A stretch of 32,385 nucleotides of DNA, from assembly GCA_964473825.1 (NCBI GenBank), contig CAYYQL010000031.1, positions 1 through 32,385 on the forward strand. The letters run 5' to 3'. A program made the position numbers and the translations under genes. Below, in pieces: positions 27,246 to 32,385 of the stretch. Below the pieces are notes generated by a model, which made no database searches, was not told the origin of the DNA, and saw only the letters and a list, made by a program, of their open reading frames with translations. The stretch is from an uncultured archaeon (GTDB lineage: Archaea > Asgardarchaeota > Thorarchaeia > Thorarchaeales > Thorarchaeaceae). Each line of letters begins with the position of its first letter. Positions within the stretch are counted from its first letter, which is position 1.

Positions 27246-27764
27246 TTAGTCTTCCTCGGGTCTAAGAAGTGTTGAGAGATTTAGCCGTGGATCCTCCTTG
27301 ATCACCTTTGCGATGACCTGCGTGAAGGTTCTGACCACCCCTTTCACAGCCATGATCTTGTTGAGAATCTTCAAGAAATCTTCCCTATTCGTCGATCGAG
27401 TCAGGACAAAGAAGTCCTGCTCACCCAATGAGTAGTACACAGCTCCGACCCCCGGGATTCTTGAAAGTTCCTTGCCAATGCTTTCGTCAGAGTATTCTTT
27501 GCATTTCACGAGAATCCGGATTATTGTGATATAATCGAGACCTATCAGTTCCGGATTTATCTTGGCATAGTAGCCGTCAATGATTTTTTCCTTCTCGAGT
27601 CGTTTGACACGATAGTGTACTGTGGACGTCGGCACTGTAGAACTGGGATCGTTGGGGTGCCGAATTCTGTCAGCTATGTCTTGCAGTGGCATTCTGCAGT
27701 CACGCTGCAGCTCTTGAAGGATTTTCACATCGAGCGTGTCAAGCTTCTTTCTCTTTCCCATCAC
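27246..27764 (-). CDS. Lrp/AsnC family transcriptional regulator
   Basis: LDTLDVKILQELQRDCR, STVHYRVKRLEKEKII.GY, C-terminal RAM domain (LGEQDF, GVVRTFT). Confidence 0.92.
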   Translation of the reverse strand: MMGKRKKLDTLDVKILQELQRDCRMPLQDIADRIRHPNDPSSTVPTSTVHYRVKRLEKEKIIDGYYAKINPELIGLDYITIIRILVKCKEYSDESIGKELSRIPGVGAVYYSLGEQDFFVLTRSTNREDFLKILNKIMAVKGVVRTFTQVIAKVIKEDPRLNLSTLLRPEED

Positions 27765-27867
27765 ACCTAAGCCCCTGTGTCCTTATGGATATCCCGGGAT
27801 TTCTTGAAGGCGGGCATATTAAGACATTGTGGTTTTCTTGTACAGGATTCAAAATACGTGAACTTGG

Positions 27868-27905
27868 TCGAAATTCGAGCAAGTGTGTATCGAATTTCTT
27901 AAAAG
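27868..27905 (+). promoter_or_regulatory. Inverted repeat abutting a TATA-like box in the lrp/arcC divergent promoter
   Basis: GAAATTCGA (27870-78), N11, TCGAATTTC (27890-98), then TTAAAAG. Confidence 0.6.
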
Positions 27906-27950
27906 TGACTCAATACATTCCCCGGCCTCCCTCGAAACGAGATGATTTCC

Positions 27951-28904
27951 ATGGCTGAAACTAAGATAGGAGTTGTCGCCATCGGTGGCAATAGTCTGAT
28001 ACGCGACAAGAGTGATATGCGCATTGAGAAGCAATTTGAAGCTGCAGCCGAGACCTGCAAGCACATTGCAGACATGATTCTTCAAGGATGGAATATCGTC
28101 ATCACATCCGGGAATGGACCACAAGTTGGTTCGATCCTGAGAAGGTCAGAGATCGCAGCGGATCAAGTTCATGAGATTCCTCTTGACTATTGCGGAGCCA
28201 TGAGTCAGGGACAGATTGGCTACATGATTGCTCGGGCTCTCAATAACGAGTTCAAGATCCGCGGAATCGACAAGAGCATCGCCCCCGTTGTCAGTCAGGT
28301 CGTTGTTGACCGCGATGACCCTGCCTTTGAAAACCCGACAAAACCCATTGGCTCATTCATGGGTGAGGCGACCGCCAAGAAGCGTGCCGACGAACTCGGG
28401 TGGCAGGTTATCGAGGACTCAGGTCGTGGATGGCGCAGAGTTGTTCCTTCACCGATTCCTATTGAGGTTGCAGAACTCCAAGGTATAAACTGCATGGTGA
28501 AGAATGGGGTTATCGTGTATGCTGTAGGCGGCGGAGGGATTCCCGTCGTACGAAAAGAAGATGGTCACCTGGATGGCGTTGCAGCTGTGATTGACAAGGA
28601 TTACGCCTCGAGCCTGCTGGCAAATAAGCTGGATGCCGATTTATTGGTGATTTCTACAGATGTAGAGCAGGTCTATCTCAACTTTGGCGAGCCTGATCAG
28701 AAAGCCGTACACACCATGACAGTGAGTGAGGCCAAGAAGCATATTGACGATGGCCACTTCGCCCCTGGTAGTATGCTGCCGAAGATTAAGGCCTCAATTC
28801 AGTTCATTGAACGAGGTGGAGACATGGCACTCATCACAAATCCGCCAAATATCACTCGGGCTCTAAAGGATGAGACTGGCACCCGAATAGTCCCCGACAA
28901 GTGA
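27951..28904 (+). CDS. arcC: Carbamate kinase
   Basis: VAIGGNSL, GNGPQVG, SQGQIGY, NPTKPIG, GWRRVVPSP, GGGGIPV, AVIDKD, GSMLPK. Confidence 0.96.
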   Translation: MAETKIGVVAIGGNSLIRDKSDMRIEKQFEAAAETCKHIADMILQGWNIVITSGNGPQVGSILRRSEIAADQVHEIPLDYCGAMSQGQIGYMIARALNNEFKIRGIDKSIAPVVSQVVVDRDDPAFENPTKPIGSFMGEATAKKRADELGWQVIEDSGRGWRRVVPSPIPIEVAELQGINCMVKNGVIVYAVGGGGIPVVRKEDGHLDGVAAVIDKDYASSLLANKLDADLLVISTDVEQVYLNFGEPDQKAVHTMTVSEAKKHIDDGHFAPGSMLPKIKASIQFIERGGDMALITNPPNITRALKDETGTRIVPDK

Positions 28905-29101
28905 CTACCGAGCCGTTCCCGTGGCTGAAATGCGAAGGCTCCTTGGATGGTATTATCAGTTGCCATCTTAGAGAATCATTTGTTGGAAAACTTGTGGCTT
29001 AGAGCTCACCGTTATTCGCAGCTGCTACATATGTTTACAGCTCTACGGCGATACAGGCTCACCGAAGGGAATATCTCCAGCTCTGTGACCTTTATGCTGC
29101 A

Positions 29102-29812
29102 ATGAGCGATCCCATCCATCAACGCGAGATTGTGAGGTATGTTGGTAACGCTAGGACCTCCCAGACTGAACTGCTGGCACGCGAGACCATTGTGGAAGTG
29201 TTCTTAGAGGGCCATTCCATTGCTCTTTTACACTGCAGTCCCGGTCAAGAAGAAGAACTTGCTCGTGGCCACCTCTATGCAAAAGGCTTGCTTAGAAATC
29301 CTCTCACTCCTGCAGAGATTCGGATGGCCCCTGATAGAATGACCGTGAGCTTTCTTTCATCTCTTGCCGGAGCGGAGAACTCTCCCCCTGATAATCCGAG
29401 CGAATGTCTTCTGGATACGGATTTGATATACGGGGCGCTTGCCGAACTTGAAGATTCTCAGTCAACATTCAAGAAGACCGGAGCTACACATGCCTCTATG
29501 TGCCACTCTCTTGATTCCTCGGAGAGCTACTTTGCAGAAGATATCAGCAGACATAATGCCATGAGTAAGGCGATAGGTGCCGCACTGATAGACGGCGCAT
29601 TCCCAGATTCGTGCCTTCTCTTGACGACAGGTCGGTTGACAGGTTCGCTTGTTCACAGCTGCTCCTATGCGAATCTCGCTGCTGTCGCTTCAAAAGCAGT
29701 TGCTACCACCGAGGGTATAGCAAAGGCACGGAGTATCAGTCTCACCTTGATAGGTTCCCTGAGTTCATCCGGGTTCTGGCTGTACCATGAGGGAACAACC
29801 AAGATTGTCTGA
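29102..29812 (+). CDS. fdhD: FdhD/NarQ-family protein (divergent)
   Basis: CSPG..EELARG.L, F.KTGATHA, EDISRHNAMSKAIG, TTGR; lacks the usual CxxC loop. Confidence 0.78.
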   Translation: MSDPIHQREIVRYVGNARTSQTELLARETIVEVFLEGHSIALLHCSPGQEEELARGHLYAKGLLRNPLTPAEIRMAPDRMTVSFLSSLAGAENSPPDNPSECLLDTDLIYGALAELEDSQSTFKKTGATHASMCHSLDSSESYFAEDISRHNAMSKAIGAALIDGAFPDSCLLLTTGRLTGSLVHSCSYANLAAVASKAVATTEGIAKARSISLTLIGSLSSSGFWLYHEGTTKIV

Positions 29813-29815
29813 TGA

Positions 29816-30685
29816 CTAGAACTGCGTAAGAGCTCCCTTTGCTCTGACGTACTTCTCGGTTCTCTTGAACAATGCCATTCCAATGAGTAGATAGACCGTG
29901 TCGAGGACCAACAGGGCAATCACAGCTTGCCCTACTGCGGGCCCAGCTAGCCCGAATATCAGAAAGTTCCTGAAGGCGTCCACTGACCATGTCAATGGCG
30001 AAGCGGCTGCAACATACTGGATGATGGGCGGAAAGACGGCTAGAGGATATGCCATCGGAGCTAGCAGGGTGAGCCCACCTGCCAGGAACTCTATCACCAT
30101 CCAGCCCTGTTTGGCTAGGAGCACAACACAGACCAGCGTCAACACGATCCCCTGCATGCCGATGACCAAGAGCGAGATGATGACAAGCGCTGGAAGGATA
30201 CCCCAGACGTTGATAGATACACCAAAGAGTAGCATTGAGCCTACCAGCTGCAGTACCACTCCAAGGCCACCGTGCTGGATGTTGTGCAGCAAAGCTCCCA
30301 TTACCAGGGTGTTTTTCTTGATGGGTGTCGTCATCAGGGTCTCAAGCGTGCCCGTATTCTGTTCTCGTCTGAATGAATTGGCCGTACCCCACATGAGGCT
30401 CATCGTGAGACCTAGAACTGCAGTCCCTATGGCTACATAACTCACCCAGTCTGAAGTTCCCACAAGAGTCTCAAGATTGACTGACTCAGGCCCTCCGCTA
30501 ACCGCATTACCGGCAAGCAACATGGAAATCAGCCAGATGAAGGGCATGGCGATGAACCAGAGTACACTGAGCGGGTAGCTCAGTTCGACCCTCCAGATTC
30601 TCACTGCAATGGCCTGAGCGGCTTCGAGTTCAGACCTGAGCCCTTCGCGCTTCTGCAGCTTCTGATTGATGTCACTTGTTACCAT
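29816..30685 (-). CDS. ABC-2 type transporter permease
   Basis: REQNTGTLETLMTTP, YPLAVFP, SPLTW; about 6 TM. Confidence 0.92.
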   Translation of the reverse strand: MVTSDINQKLQKREGLRSELEAAQAIAVRIWRVELSYPLSVLWFIAMPFIWLISMLLAGNAVSGGPESVNLETLVGTSDWVSYVAIGTAVLGLTMSLMWGTANSFRREQNTGTLETLMTTPIKKNTLVMGALLHNIQHGGLGVVLQLVGSMLLFGVSINVWGILPALVIISLLVIGMQGIVLTLVCVVLLAKQGWMVIEFLAGGLTLLAPMAYPLAVFPPIIQYVAAASPLTWSVDAFRNFLIFGLAGPAVGQAVIALLVLDTVYLLIGMALFKRTEKYVRAKGALTQF

Positions 30686-31561
30686 CTAGAAGCCTCCCAT
30701 GCTTCCGCGTTTCTTTGTCCATCTCTCTGCGTATCTGAAACACAAGAGACCCATGATCCAGAAGGCGACGATCAGTAGTGTCAATCCCCCTAGGGTACAG
30801 AGGAATGAAACAACCTCAAGGGCTCCACCGATGGCTAGTTCCCGGATCGTCATGATTGCGATTGTTGCCGGCAACGCATAGGCCACCATCTGAGCAGCAC
30901 GGGGCAGGACCTGAATCGGATAGCTCACCGGCGAGAGAGCAAATACAACGTTGTCAATCAACTCTGTGAGGACACTGGGGTCCTTGAAGACAATGATGAG
31001 CCCTGCAATCATGAATCCGAAACCGAAGAGAGCGACCACCATCATCATGAGAATCAGTATGATGGGTCCAATGGTTGTGAGGGCATAGCCCACTCCGAAT
31101 ATGACACATGATGTTCCCAGCATGATGAGCGCTGACATCGATGTTGAAACAGTATCGCTGATGGCAGCTCCGATGAGTATGCTGGTTCTTGGAACAGGGG
31201 CGACAAAGAGCGGCTCAAGAGTACCACTGAACTGCTCCCAGCGGAAGTTCTGGCCTATCGACCAGATCGTTGTATCAACATAAGTGTAGACGAACCACCC
31301 GATGACTGCGAAGGCGATGAAATCCTCGAAGCCCGAGATCTCTGTGAAGTGCATACTGGACCCTCCTCCAATAGCGGTCATCATGAGGAGGTACGGTGCG
31401 AACCACATGAGGGGAAGGAATGCCCATGCGAGTATGTTGGCGGGGTATCGCATCGCGATTCGGAGATTCTTCTCAGCGAAGACCCGTACAGCGTTCCAGT
31501 CGATGATGCGAGGTGTGAAATCCATCACCTCAGACGGAGCTCCAGAAAACGGGTCTTGCAT
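30686..31561 (-). CDS. ABC-2 type transporter permease
   Basis: WEQFSGTLEPLFVAP, YPIQVLP; about 6 TM; start overlaps the ATPase stop (TGATG). Confidence 0.92.
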   Translation of the reverse strand: MQDPFSGAPSEVMDFTPRIIDWNAVRVFAEKNLRIAMRYPANILAWAFLPLMWFAPYLLMMTAIGGGSSMHFTEISGFEDFIAFAVIGWFVYTYVDTTIWSIGQNFRWEQFSGTLEPLFVAPVPRTSILIGAAISDTVSTSMSALIMLGTSCVIFGVGYALTTIGPIILILMMMVVALFGFGFMIAGLIIVFKDPSVLTELIDNVVFALSPVSYPIQVLPRAAQMVAYALPATIAIMTIRELAIGGALEVVSFLCTLGGLTLLIVAFWIMGLLCFRYAERWTKKRGSMGGF

Positions 31562-32385
31562 CAGTCCTCAATCCTCCTTCCAGTAAGCTTCAAGAATACA
31601 TCGTCTAGAGTCGGTTCTTTCACTTCGAAGTGCTCAACCTTCAGGCTCTGGTCCTCATGAAGCAGGTTCAGTATTCTGTGTGCAAGGTCGTAACCATCCT
31701 GTGCAGTGACGACGAGTTCTGAGTATCCGTTCCTAGATGTCTTTGAAGCCGACATAACCTCTGGCATTTCCCTGATTGGGTCGATATCCGGCACGCCTAC
31801 TACTCGAATGTGGAGACTATCGTAGTTCCTCACATCCTCCTTCAGCTCATGAGGTGTGCCCAGGCTCTTTATTTCTCCCTCGTTAATCAGGGCAATCTTG
31901 TCACACAGCATGTCTGCTTCGTGCATATAATGCGTTGTTAGGAGAATCGTCTTATGACACAGCTCTCGCTTGATGTGGTTTCTCAAGTCGGTGGCGAACG
32001 TTGGATCAAGGCCTTGCGTCGGTTCATCTAAGAGCAGAACCGGAGGATCGTGTAACAAAGCGCGCGCAAATACGATTTTCATACGCATGCCATGACTGAG
32101 TGCTTCGGCTTTCTCGTCTGCCTTCTCTAGTAGCCCCATCATTCCCAGTAGTTCGTCAGCTCGTTCGTTTGCCTCGCTCTTCGTCATGCGGTAGAGCTTC
32201 CCAAAGAACACCAAGTTCTCTCTGGCCGAAAGCTTCCAGTAGATGCTCCGTTCATTCCCCTGACATACTCCGATGACTGCCCGAACGTATTCTGGCTGTT
32301 GCAGAATATCGTAATCCATGATACGTGCGGTGCCTGAGGTGGGTAGGACGAGCGTCGCCAGTGTCTTCACTAGTGTGGTCTTGCC
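31561..32385 (-). CDS. ABC-2 (DrrA-like) ATP-binding protein, 5' end outside the window
   Basis: Frame is open to the window edge, where it reads GKTTLVK (end of Walker A); signature LSHGM, Walker B LLLDEPT, H-loop TTHYM, C-terminal PTLDDVFLKLTG. Confidence 0.95.
   Translation of the reverse strand, partial: GKTTLVKTLATLVLPTSGTARIMDYDILQQPEYVRAVIGVCQGNERSIYWKLSARENLVFFGKLYRMTKSEANERADELLGMMGLLEKADEKAEALSHGMRMKIVFARALLHDPPVLLLDEPTQGLDPTFATDLRNHIKRELCHKTILLTTHYMHEADMLCDKIALINEGEIKSLGTPHELKEDVRNYDSLHIRVVGVPDIDPIREMPEVMSASKTSRNGYSELVVTAQDGYDLAHRILNLLHEDQSLKVEHFEVKEPTLDDVFLKLTGRRIED

Noticed and set aside
1-32385. CRISPR arrays, transposases, integrases, rRNA or tRNA genes
   Set aside because: No periodic repeat-spacer pattern, recombinase/transposase motif or stable-RNA signature was seen by eye.

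Overview
Gene-dense archaeal chromosomal window. It is most consistent with an Asgard archaeon, probably Thorarchaeia-like. This is inferred from a Rab/Ras-like small GTPase, archaeal-style REC-PAS-HisKA kinases, TATA-like boxes ~25-40 nt upstream of starts, GGTGA-type Shine-Dalgarno motifs and near-abutting convergent genes. Content is dominated by peptide/amino-acid catabolism: an Opp/Dpp ATPase, MFS transporter, amidohydrolase, M20 peptidase, a frameshifted oligopeptidase B, an M48 protease, and carbamate kinase with a divergent Lrp/AsnC regulator. Also present: bacterial-type (class I) GAPDH, a tandem DUF4140-DUF4139 pair, a cytochrome-b-like membrane protein with a duplicated external domain, thioredoxin, a rubredoxin missed by the ORF track, two histidine kinases, a degenerate FdhD and an ABC-2 exporter operon. 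I saw no rRNA, tRNA, CRISPR array or mobile element. The best novelty candidates are: an M48 protease carrying an EF-hand loop two genes from the Rab-like GTPase; the heme-b/duplicated-domain membrane protein with a structured upstream region; an Lrp with an HTH-turn insertion facing a perfect 9-bp inverted repeat at the arcC promoter; and an ABC ATPase with degenerate signature and H-loop. All family calls come from motif recognition, not database searches.
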